A stretch of DNA of 64,000 nt. Origin: Amoeboaphelidium protococcarum X5 (Eukaryota > Fungi > Aphelidiomycota). Made by a program: the position numbers and the translations under genes. Below the pieces are notes generated by a model, which saw nothing but the letters and a program-made list of their open reading frames with translations, searched no databases and was not told the origin of the DNA. Location of the stretch: positions 62,001-126,000 of the forward strand of contig JALDTO010000200.1 of assembly GCA_023515725.1 (NCBI GenBank). The letters are read 5' to 3'. Of the stretch, positions 52,928 to 64,000 are shown piece after piece (within the stretch, counting starts at the first letter, position 1; each line of letters begins with the position of its first letter).

Positions 52928-53290
52928 TCAGTGATGATGATCATGTTCCCGCTCGAAGCGAAGTCCACAGTAGCGACATTTATTAACACCCTTGTCCAGG
53001 TTGATGTACACCTTTTAATGACCTAGACCGCTGTGCCCACCATCACACGCCACAACTCTACTTTTACTCTTAATGATCGGCTACTTGGCAATGTATTCCA
53101 TGGCAGATGGCGGTCTAGGCTGAGCGGAGATATCAATCTGTTCAAATCGAGGATTAGAACCAAGGACCTGCTACAGAGATCTACTGTGCGGTTGTGTTGC
53201 ATTGGCCACACTCTATCCGCTTGTGTTCATCATCTACTTTGTCAAATCAGTCTTCATCCTCATCACGAATCTCTACATGACTTGCCTCAT
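52928..53290 (-). CDS. NDUFS6: Complex I subunit NDUFS6 (zf-CHCC)
   Basis: [59 protein letters not shown]. Confidence 0.92.
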
Positions 53291-53579
53291 ATTTACTCTC
53301 TATAAAGCTATTTAGAAATTGTCCAATAATATAAAGCAATTAAATTCTATCAGATTGTACTGTAGATGTTGATCCGAAGTATAAATAGGAAAGAAAGAAA
53401 CGTACCGTAAAATGGACTTCTTGCTCTCTCTCTCTCACCATTCTAAAAGCGAAAAGACTTGCGCGAGCGTGAACGATTCGTCGCGTTGAACAAGAAGAGC
53501 AACTATTACTAGCACATTTTGAATCTCTAGATTTGAGAAGTTTTGGTAGATCCAAACCATATTGACAACTTTCCCAATA

Positions 53580-53891
53580 ATGGCCACTAGTTAAGAGTAG
53601 AACGAGTTGAGGAACAAGATTAATCAGAAATTAATTGAATCAGGAGAGAAGGATTAACTTAGAGAGTACCTGCGTCAACGTCTATCTGAGTGCGGGTGGA
53701 AGGATGGATTGAAGCAGTACTGCCGGGACATTGTGAAGAGTAAGACGCAGTAGAACCCGCAGAATCCAGATGTCACTGTTGAAGATTTGGTAGCTGAAAT
53801 ATCTCCATACGCCCGTAGTTCAGTACCCAATGAGGTGAAGGCTGAATTGGTAAAGCTAATTGAAGAATTTGTTGCCAACAATTAGTAGTGA
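53580..53891 (+). CDS. SUS1: SAGA/TREX-2 subunit Sus1/ENY2
   Basis: [55 protein letters not shown]. Confidence 0.93.
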
Positions 53892-54014
53892 TACTGGATA
53901 TGAGCGACCTTTTGCCCGTCAATGATGTACTAAAGATTTGAGAAAAGCCATAATATAAAAGTATTAATTCTTGATAATAATGTAGAGTAATTTTTATTAT
54001 TCATATAGTCAAAT

Positions 54015-54212
54015 TCAATTTTAAGCCTGAGCAGCATTAGAGTCAGTGAACAACCATTTGCTCTCCTTGCTTCCATCCTTGTTGTTCACAGTGTACTTGG
54101 CAGCAGATTCCTTATGGGAGCGACGCATAGCCTGCACCTTGAACTCTTCCTTCAACACAGATCTCAACGCGCTTGCAGCCTAAAGTGAAGTCTTTAAAAA
54201 TGTGACAGTCAT
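54015..54212 (-). CDS. ATP15: Probable mitochondrial ATP synthase epsilon subunit
   Basis: 65-aa ORF FLKTSLQAASALRSVLKEEFKVQAMRRSHKESAAKY resembling F1 epsilon. Start uncertain. Confidence 0.55.
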
Positions 54213-54453
54213 ACTCTCCGATGTATTTAAATCAACGATTATGTGAAATGTAATGGTCAAAATGAAATCTATTATACCTAAGCACCAAATGTCTCTACTT
54301 TAGGAGTGAAAAGAGGAAAGGATGCGGAGACTGACGAGCTTTCTAGAAAGAGATTTACCTGCGAGAATAGAGAAGAGCGCTTTCTCGCGTTCTGTTCGAC
54401 TAGAATTGTCAAGTTATTAGAACGCACTGTCATAAAGCTACCGTAAATTATAA

Positions 54454-54864
54454 ATGGCTCAGAATCAGGCTGTTACTTAAATCAAAGGCGCAAGTGCCTC
54501 ATTGTGGTCCTCATACGTTAAGAGTACAACTTTGAAGACTAGAATGATTGACGCTTATTTGGCAACGGTCATGGCTCACGGTGTGTTAATTTTTGTGTAT
54601 GGACTGCTGACCTCTGCTTATCCGTACAACTCATTTCTGGCTGCTTTTGGATGTTCTGTTGGACAGTTTGTATTCACTGTGAATCTGAGAATGAAAACTT
54701 AGAGTCAGAACATCGCACAGGTTGACTCTTCCGCCGAGCCAGTTAATAAAAAGGTTTCATCTGCGCGACTGTATGGACTTCCTACTGATGAAATTATACC
54801 GTTTGCCGAGTTCATCTCATGCCATCTCCTCCTGTACATATTCGTAGTTAATTTCTTAGGCTGA
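54454..54864 (+). CDS. OST2: Oligosaccharyltransferase subunit Ost2/DAD1
   Basis: MIDAYL, YGLLTSAYPYNSFLAAFGCSVGQFVFTVNLRMK, FAEFISCHLLLYIFVVNFLG. Confidence 0.95.
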
Positions 54865-54995
54865 ATTGTTACTGCGCTTAAAATAAAATTATTTTAAAAA
54901 CTAATTCACTACTGTGCCTTTAAAGTTAACAGCAATTTTATTTAACACGCGACATTTTATAGTTACTTTACCGTTCCAATGGACACAGAATCAAA

Positions 54996-55334
54996 TCACT
55001 CCGCCTTGACAATCAAGATCACGCCATCCCCTCGTACGAATAGCTTGCTTAAGAATCTATCTTTCGGCTTCTTATTATCACCCTGTCCTTCAGTCCAGAT
55101 TTCCTTCACATTCTCCATAATCATATTGAAGTGCCTGTCGAAAGCCTTGACGCGTCCCACCAATTTCTTGCCGTGTCGCATCGCAACTAGAATTTGATCG
55201 TGGTGTTTACATGCATCTGTCAGTAAGGACATTGGACCAGTTAATAAGGATTCCTCCTCCGCATCCTCAATTTCCCGCACAGTCATCTCGGACTTGTAGC
55301 GCTTAGTTGGTCGTTCATCTGCCATATTTATCAT
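54996..55334 (-). CDS. SMD2: Sm core protein D2
   Basis: GPMSLLTDACKHHDQILVAMRHGKKLVGRVKAFDRHFNMIMENVKEIWTE..KDRFLSKLFVRGDGVILI. Confidence 0.95.
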   Translation of the reverse strand: MINMADERPTKRYKSEMTVREIEDAEEESLLTGPMSLLTDACKHHDQILVAMRHGKKLVGRVKAFDRHFNMIMENVKEIWTEGQGDNKKPKDRFLSKLFVRGDGVILIVKAE

Positions 55335-56025
55335 TAAAAGTGTCTCGCTGACTGATTTTAATTGAAAGTAGAGATTACAACAGCGGAAAGGAACGTCAAA
55401 TGTCTTGTAAAACTATACTCCGATGTTCTGTTCATTCATTATTCCAAACTCTTTTAAATCGCAACTACAAATGGATAATTCTAGACTGGTTTAAAATATT
55501 CTAAGGATATACACATAGTACTAAAGCGAATTATTTGTCCATCAAGGTGAAATCACACGCGCTGTCGAATCCCACTCTGAGGATCAGTCAAAGAAATCCG
55601 AAGCGCTAATTTTAACACTCATCAAATGGTTGAACAATAACAGTGCTATCATAGTCCTTGTAAAGGGTCAACGTTACATCTCGCAACAATGTTCAGACGA
55701 CCTGTATCGCCACCCCGTGTGACAATTGTCTACGCCCGAGAATCTCAAAGATCCCTCAAACCGGGTACTGTAATGGAGTAAACAATGCTTAAACAAACGA
55801 AGTGATGATGCAAACAAATCGATTAACCAGATCGTGAAACTTGCGGTAATCTCCGTGTCAACCTCATCCACTTCATTGTTTGTCACCTGCAAGATTTGGT
55901 TAATCCGTACATAATTATCACCACTCATCAGGTCTTCATCACATTAATTTATATTGATCCCCTGCTCTGACTGTAACATATCAACACTGAACATAATTAT
56001 TATTATCTGAATCAATCTGGTGAAA

Positions 56026-59000
56026 ATGACTGTCAATATTGATATTCCTGACAGTACTGAAAAATTGAATTATGCTGCTAAATCTCTCTAAGATCGTCTA
56101 AATGGGCTGAGTGAGCACGTTCTAACTCCGGTTGAATTGCAAGATTGGCTTAAAACTAATATCGCCGCTGGTCTCACCACGTCTGAGGTTGAGACGCGTC
56201 TACTAGAACTTGGTTATAACGAGCTGTCTGGTGATAGTGCCGTTGTATGGTACAAGCTGCTGTTTGCTTAAGTGGTCAATCCTATGAATTTGATTTTGCT
56301 GGTGGCTTTGGCACTATCTTCTTATCATTAAGAGTGGATCGACTGCGCCGTTATTGGGTTCGTAGTGTTCACCAATAGTCTTATTGGATTCGTACAAGAG
56401 TATCGCTCTGAAAAGACTATGGAAGCTCTGATGAAAATGGCATCACCTATCGCTAGAGTACTGCGTGATACTACTATCAAATACATTGCCGCCCGCGATG
56501 TTGTGCCCGGTGATATCCTCATGATTGAAGAGGGTGATATTGTGCCGGCTGATGGTCGTCTGGTTGAGTGTTTCCATCTGGAGGTTGATGAATAAATGCT
56601 CACTGGCGAATCTGTACCTGTTGTGAAAGATATTGCATCTGTAGACTCTCCCGAGACTGCTGTGGCTGATAGGATAAACATGGTATACTCATCTACGGTA
56701 GTGACGCGCGGTCGTGGCAAAGTGATTGTCACAAGGACTGGTTTGAACACTGAGATTGGAAAGATTGCAGAGAGATTGAACAGTAAAAAAGGTGGTAGTG
56801 TCGAGTAGAAAACTCCTTTGTAGAAGGCCATGCAGCAGCTTGCTATTGGCTGTCTGATTGCTGTCATTTTCCTTATTTTAATCGTGTTTGGTGTCAATAG
56901 ATTCAATTTGACCAACAGTATAGTTTCTTATGCAATTGGCTTGGCTGTGGCTGTAATTCCTGCCGGCCTGCCAGCGGTGACCACAATTACTATGGCATAT
57001 GGTGTTCGTAAAATGGCTAATTAGAAAGCCATTGTTAGAAAGATGCTTGCACTGGAAAACATTGGCTCTGTGACCACTATTTGTTCGGATAAAACTGGAA
57101 CTTTGACCCAGGGCAAAATGTTCTTGTAGTCTGTCTATACACCAGATGGTGGTGAATACGTCGTGAGCGGCCATGGGTACAAACCATCAGGATCTATCAC
57201 CCATGTGAGTGATAGAAGTACCGAGTACCACCGTGAGAACATGCCGAAATCGTTGTATAGACTGACTTAATGTGCATCCTTGTGCAACTTGAGTATATTG
57301 AAAAGAGTCGGTAAGACTGAATAAGAGTTGGAATAGAAATACGCGTCTAATGCTGGTGATAATAATGGAATTTAAATGACTCATACAAGCCCAATAGAGG
57401 ATAGCGAAGAGAATGAGTGGGAAGTTATTGGCGATTCTACCGAGGCAGCTCTGCAAGTCTACGCATGGAAGGCCAACATGGCCAAGAGAGCTCTGGTATC
57501 TGATGAATCTCGCAGGGAGCCTCTGTCCTTTGAACTCCTTCAAGAGTATCCTTTCGATGCCACGATCAAGCGTATGTCTGTCATTTATCAGGATAGGGTT
57601 AATTCTTCAGAGTACTTTGTATTTAGTAAAGGCTCGATGGAATCCATTTTGGCTCTCTGTGTATCTTACCTCAAGGATGATGAAAGTACTACCCCAGTTA
57701 ATGCGCAATTCAAGGCCAAGATTGAGGAGAACGTTGAGCGTTTGGCTTCAGAAGGCTTAAGAGTGTTGGCGTTGGCATTCAAACCAGTGGCAAGTACTAA
57801 TACAGATGAGATTGAATAGTTGAGCAGAGAGAGTGTAGAAAGCGATTTAATATTTCTTGGTTTGGTTGGTATATTTGATCCTCCTAGAGAGGAGACTCGC
57901 GATGTGATTTAGCTATGTCACTAGGCCGGTATCTCTGTGCATATGCTAACAGGTGATCATAAAATAACTGCATGCAATATTGCTCAGCGTATCGGCATCT
58001 TGCCTCCTGCTTATTCACCTAACGCCGTGATGACTGGTGCTGAATTTGATGCTCTCAGTGAAGAGAAACGCCGTACCATGATGCTTCCTCTGGTTATCGC
58101 TCGCTGTACACCTTCTACTAAGGTCAACATGGTCGATGCTTTGTAATACAGAAAGTAAATTGTTGCTATGACTGGTGATGGTACTAACGATGCTCCTAGT
58201 CTGAAGTAGGCCAACATTGGTATTGCCATGGGAATGAATGGTTCTGATGTGGCTAAACAGGCCAGCGATATTGTTCTTACAGATGATAATTTTGCTTCTA
58301 TTGTGAAAGCCATTGCCGAAGGTAGAAGAATATTTGCTAGCATTCAAAAGTTTGTACAATTTCTAATGTCCACTAATGTTGCTGAAATCATCGCATTAGT
58401 GATTGGTCTTGCTTATCAAGATTCAACTGGACAATCCGTATTTCCAATGTCAGCTGTGTAAATTCTCATTCTGAATATGTTGACCAGTACTCCACCTGCA
58501 GTTGGTCTGGGTGTAGAGCGTGCCTCCTCTGATCAGATGCGTGTACCTCCTCGTGATGCCACCAAACGCGGATCTGGAGTTTTTAGTGTCGAGGTCATTG
58601 TAGATACATTTGTCTACGGAATTATAATGGGAAGCTTAACGCTTGGTGTATGGTCTGCAGCGCTTTATGGACAGTTTTAGCCAGATCCTGATAATGGAAT
58701 CACGTCACCTCTTGGATCAGGTGGTTGCAATGATTCGCAAAATGCAATGGTATGTCAAAATGTATTCAGAGCTAGAGGGGCGTCTTACTGTGCCATGTCT
58801 CTCCTAATTCTGGTGCATGCAATTAATTGCAGACATTTGAGACTGTCCATGTTTAAGAGCAAGACTTTTGGGATTCAGACTCTGTTGAGAAATAAAGTTT
58901 TGTTTTGGTCCATCCTATTTGGCGCAGCTGTTACGGCAGTATCACTCTACATTTCGGGCCTTAATGATGGCGCTTTCCTATAATTGCCAATTTCATGGGA

Positions 59001-59169
59001 GTGGTGTCTGATTATTGCTTCTATGGCGTTGTTTTTGGCATTTGCTGAGGCTTACAAGGCATGGAAGCGTCATCTGGCTCCTTAATGGTTTTTTGCTGAT
59101 GAAATGAATCCATACGCTCACACTTTCACCATTCCTAATGATGCACCTGTTATATCTATTATATAGTGA
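56026..59169 (+). CDS. ENA1: P-type Na+/K+ efflux ATPase, type IID (ENA)
   Basis: [81 protein letters not shown]. Confidence 0.93.
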
Positions 59170-59321
59170 GATTTGAATTATACAGTATGTACGAAGTTAG
59201 TACTTTTAATACCGTATTATCTACCTCCAGCTTGTATCTATACAATTTGTATATCGTAGAAGCTAGAAAACTTTACAGTAACCCATAGTGCATAACGAAA
59301 ACTTTATCTAATCTATTTTTT

Positions 59322-61010
59322 TCAATCATATAATCTTTATAAAATATCTTTGCACAAGAACTCTGGATTTTGAACGATAAGTTGGTGCCCGCAATCAGGA
59401 ACGACCACAACATCACTTCCATCATGTAACAACTTGGACGACTCATCACGGCTCTTGCGTGATAGTTCAATCATACGACTCGGTGTAGCTCTGTCCATGA
59501 AATCAAACTGCCCAAAGTAGAAAACAATCGGAATCTGATGCTAAGACGAGATACGATTGAGATGTGAGTTATGAAAAGCTTCCACTGGTAAAGGCACGGC
59601 AGGCTCGCCGTACTTAATCGGGTCAGCTTTGTACGTGGGAGACATTGTAAGAACTCGTTTTGCCCAACCACCAGGGAAAAGCAGACGACTAAGAGCAAAC
59701 TCGCCACTACCCTCAAGTGAAGACATTCCATGTATATACTTTATCAAATCTTCCATTTCTCCTTTACTCAATCTCGCTGGATCATCATCTTGAATAGTCT
59801 TAAGGTGGGTAGTAGACGATTATGATGCTAAATCACCAGAACTACCATCTTTTCCCTTGACGGCATTAGTATCGACATTGGTACTAAATCGATTCTGCAC
59901 ATAGCCACGGACCAATCTCTCACCAAACAGAGAACCTCCCATTCTGACAACAGACTGCGGAGTCAAATTCCAGTCCCACAACGTAATCACAGTTTTAATC
60001 ACGGAACGTCGAGTAAACGAAAAACTATCAATCTACTTACTAAAATCCAATCTTGCATTCATTCCAGCAGGACTGATTAGAAGTAATTTCTCTACATGCT
60101 GCGGATATTAGCTAGCATAACAGCTGACAAGATATCCACCGAGCGAGTGACCTCCTAGTACCATCTTATCAATGCCCATAGATACGCGCCATTTCTCAAT
60201 TGAATCAACAAAATACTGCTCCACCTTCTGAACATCGTCCATATCAAAGTCTCGCAAATTCTCATCCAAATCCTATTCAACACTGTTCTGGACCTCCGAT
60301 TTACTTTTAAAAACTTTAGGAGGAAGTGCCACACGACTAGACAACCCCATTCCAAGAAGATCGAAACTGTATACTTTGTAATTATCAGGTGCAAAAGACA
60401 GATACGGAAACATGCGGTAATACATTCCCAGACCAGATCCATAACCGTGAGTTAATACGAGGTGCTTCTTTTCATTGTCCTAATACTAGCTGTTCTTATT
60501 ATTCTCCATTACAAAGGTATTAATCTTGACATCATTGCCAATATCAACCAATTCCGTCCATGCCTAAACATCAGGATTGTACTTGTAACGCGGAGATTGA
60601 ACCTGATTATTGCTGCCAATACTTCCACCAGCTGAAACATTCACATCAAACGAGTCACCGCCACCCGCAAGCGACTTCTCGCCCTTGTAGAATCCAAGAG
60701 AATTTCGTAAAAGATTAATTTCGGCATCTTTGGCTCTCTTAAACAGTTCCACGCGATATGAAATAGTGTATGGAACGTATGACGTAACTGATGAATAAGC
60801 TCTCCCAATCAGATTCCAAACGCCGCCCAGCACGGTCGAACTTGAAGTTGAAGTGACAGTGGCAGCAGCAGCAGCAGCAGAAGATTGTCTAATCATTGCA
60901 GGAGGCATATCAACTTCACCACTCTAAATATGCGATTAATCAGCCTCGATTCCCACCTGTTGATTCTATGTAATATCACCACTACTTTAAGAGTGAACAG
61001 CAGAGTCCAT
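59322..61010 (-). CDS. Alpha/beta hydrolase, ABHD4/5-Cld1/Ict1 family
   Basis: LTHGYGSGLGMY, FDLLGMGLSSR, GHSLGGYL, YPQHVEKLLLISPAG, GSGEFAL, CGHQL. Confidence 0.88.
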
Positions 61011-61446
61011 TCGTACAATCAGAGCTAATCTTAATTAAAATGAAAAAGTGGTTCTAACAATGACGAGATTTGGGAAAAGAAGAGAGAAAAGCAGAGATGA
61101 GAATCGGAGAGCGAGCGAGCGAGCGAGAAAGCATATGAGAGATTGGTAAGCGACGATCAGTCAGTGATGACACGAAATGAGACGACGATATGGGATCTAT
61201 ATGATCGGCCATTGAATTATTGTTTCCGACGGCGATCTCTCAGTCTGTCATTTGATCGGCAAGTCATCCATTCTTTCCTTCGTTTTCATTCTGTTTTCAT
61301 TCAGGCCTTGTCTCGCAAATACAATCAAAGCTGCCTTCTCTTTGTTGTAGTTCTTCTTCTTCGGCAGCAATATACAGTTACTGTCCCTGTGTATTTGATC
61401 ATACACTGGAATTTAAACTGTCCATTAAATTAGTAATAATTTGGGA

Positions 61447-64000
61447 ATGAAGTTTACGTATGTCATTATTCCTATTACTGCCCTTTGCTGGTATTTTGGA
61501 TATCGATTGTACTTGGATGCAGTTCAAGATTTGAACAATAGACGGAACGATTCGATTAATTTAAACTCTTCATCCACCTCAGGTCATCACCCAAGTACAC
61601 CTAGAGTTATTTAATAAGCCAATTCTGAACAGTTATAGTCTGATAATTATCCACTGCATTTTGTTCATATATCAGATTTGCATATAAGTCGGTTCAGTAA
61701 GAAGAATGCAGAGAATTTGGAGCATTTCTTGAATTCAACACTGCCTGGTATACGGCCGGCGTTCGTTGTTGTCACTGGGGATTTGACTGACGCGAAAGAT
61801 TAGCGGAAGTTGTCTTCACTGCAGCATCTGGAGGAATGGTAAATGTATAGAGAGTTGCTGCGAAAGTATGAGATTAAGGACGACTTTTGGTTTGATTTGC
61901 CTGGTAATCACGATGTATTTAATGTCTATGGATGGGATAGCGCGAATAATTTTTATAAAGAGTATTCGATGTAGAGGAAGGATGGATACTCTTTTGTATA
62001 CTAGACACCTCATGCCAAGTATTTGTTTCTTGCTGTTAATGCCTGTCCGGCAAGAGGTCCATCTAGGCCTTTCAACTTTTTTGGTTATCTCGATACTGCC
62101 GATATGGATAAGATTTATCATGCGGTTAGTTAAGATCAGTATAGTCACGTGTTTCTCCTATCTCATTATCCTTTTGCGACCGTTCTAACCGGTATTACAA
62201 GTAATGGTTTAACCTTTTAGGATCTTGCCGTGAATATAAGCGTTATTCTAAATGGTCATTTGCATAAATTGGTGGCTGGACTCGGTGACGTTATGCATGC
62301 CAAATTTGAGACTCATCAAGTATAAGATTATGTTAATAACGGATAAAATAGTAATGATAGAGATGATAAATCCTCTATTCTCGAGTTGGAGATTGGAGAC
62401 ATGAAGTAGAATGGTATGTTTCGTGTTATATCGATTGATAGGGGTATGATTTCATTTGTTGATAGAAGTATTCTGAGTCAGGATTACATTCAGTCAATGA
62501 AGCATATGCCTTGGGATGGTTTATTGTTTTAGAATACAGTTTAAAAGAGTTCTGGTGGTCGATATGCTTTGAATCCTGTTGTGTTGATAACTAGCCCGAA
62601 AGATGTTCGGTATGTCATTGATGGGAAAGAGGATTATAACTAGCTATTCACCTAAGATTCTTTTGATATCAGATTCTTTGTCTTTAATTGTCCACAGTGT
62701 TCTGTTAATGATATTGCAGTAAGTATTGATGGAAAGTAATTGATTGGCGCTGTGCATATGATTAAAAGAGATTTCTATTCAATCAAGTGTCCCTCTGATG
62801 GATATCTAGATGGCCAAATTCATACCATAAAAGTTCAAGTTGACAGCAGTCAGCTTTAATCCAAACTCTCTAGTACGAATAGTAATTCAGGATCACATGA
62901 AGTTGAGTTTATGTTTCCGTATGATCGTAATAAGGTGGCAGTGTAGTCTGGATTTGGCGGATTTATTCTACATCTCAATTTATCCGATCGAGTACCTGTT
63001 CTATTTTTACTGGCTTACCTAATAGCCTTTGTTGTTCTTATATTAGTTCCTAAGATGTATTATGCTTATCTGCACCGAACTAAATCCTACTACTCTTGGC
63101 GAGTGAGATACTCTCGGATGCTTGTACAAATGGACAAGTCGGTTCCACACCCACTGCCAGATAGATCTTATTTCACGTAGAGAAGTGCTGCGTGTATGTA
63201 TTTCTGGTTATTGACTATATTTAAAGACTTTAAATATTTCGCGTATGCCTCAGTATACAGGCTTGTAACGTTGGCTTCCATCAGAGGAACGTACTACCCT
63301 CTATTGACATATCTCTTGTACATTGTTGTAGGTCCTTACTTTATTGGAGAGTTGGTTCCATCAGCATTGGACACTAGCTAGTCTCCATTCCATAGTAGGA
63401 ATAAGTTTGCTTGGTTTTATGTGTATGGTATATGGATCGAAAATAAGTGGGTACCCATCACAGATACGTGGATGTATGGCCTACTTGAACTAGTGTATCT
63501 TTTCTGCCCTCTGGCGATCTATCTCTCGTTCTGTATCACACCACCTGAGCAGCTTTATGCCCAGCAACCTCTTGAGGAGGAAGTGAAAGCGGCTGGATAG
63601 GATGTATACTGGTTACCGCCCGTTCACAATCGACGCAGATTCCCGCTACATCGAAGGTTATACATTCGCATCCTGGTGGTGCTGGTGATTTGGTATCAGT
63701 TGAACAGTGCATTCTTCATATCAATTTTTTATGGGCCAATCGCTATGCTTGTAAGTCCTGGTAAGAGTTGGTTTATCTGCTGGGCGTGTTATGCTTTGTA
63801 CAAGCATAGATGGAGTTTTAAAGGACGCGAAGTGGACCTCTTGGAGGATGCTAATGTCGATCAATCGTCAATAGTATCCAAGTTGACTCACGGACTTAAA
63901 AAACTTCCAGATTAGTTTAGAATGTCATCAAAGTCGCTCCTTGGTAATGCTTCCTAATATAATGATGTATTGAGTTCATAAAAGGAGCCAACAAAGTTAT
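61447..64000 (+). CDS. TMEM62: TMEM62-like membrane metallophosphoesterase (3'-partial)
   Basis: HISDLHISRF, VVVTGDLTDAKD, WFDLPGNHDVF, RGPSRPFNFFG, LNGHLH, LELEIGDMK, then TM segments. No TGA before the window end. Confidence 0.88.

Overview
Gene-dense eukaryotic DNA of fungus-like (holomycotan) character, about 33 genes with few, short GT-AG introns. It uses a non-standard nuclear code: TAA/TAG read as Gln and TGA is the only stop. This is why the supplied ORF track is fragmented. The combination of code and gene set best fits the aphelid Amoeboaphelidium protococcarum (inference). Re-translated with TAR=Gln, the window holds SPT16, THR4, a CTL/Pns1 transporter, HSF, two paralogous GPI-type proteins, a SET methyltransferase, CCT4, NOP15, an Lnt/nitrilase-like protein, COX15, RIB5, GLE1, RPL12, mitochondrial uL10, CRM1, HAC1/XBP1, GLT1, a ZIP transporter, an Ede1-like protein, CHD1L, NDUFS6, SUS1, ATP15, OST2, SmD2, an ENA ATPase, an ABHD5/Cld1-like hydrolase and TMEM62. 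There are two highlights. (1) A 2.78-kb TA-flanked Tc1/mariner-type element with terminal inverted repeats (41814-44594) carries a Fanzor1 (TnpB-like RNA-guided nuclease) gene written partly in the host code. It has a predictable omegaRNA, guide and TAM, and this copy is decayed. (2) A HAC1/XBP1 gene has a clear 62-nt Ire1-type unconventional intron inside a bifurcated stem-loop, followed by a dual-coding 3' region. All coordinates and translations were derived by hand.
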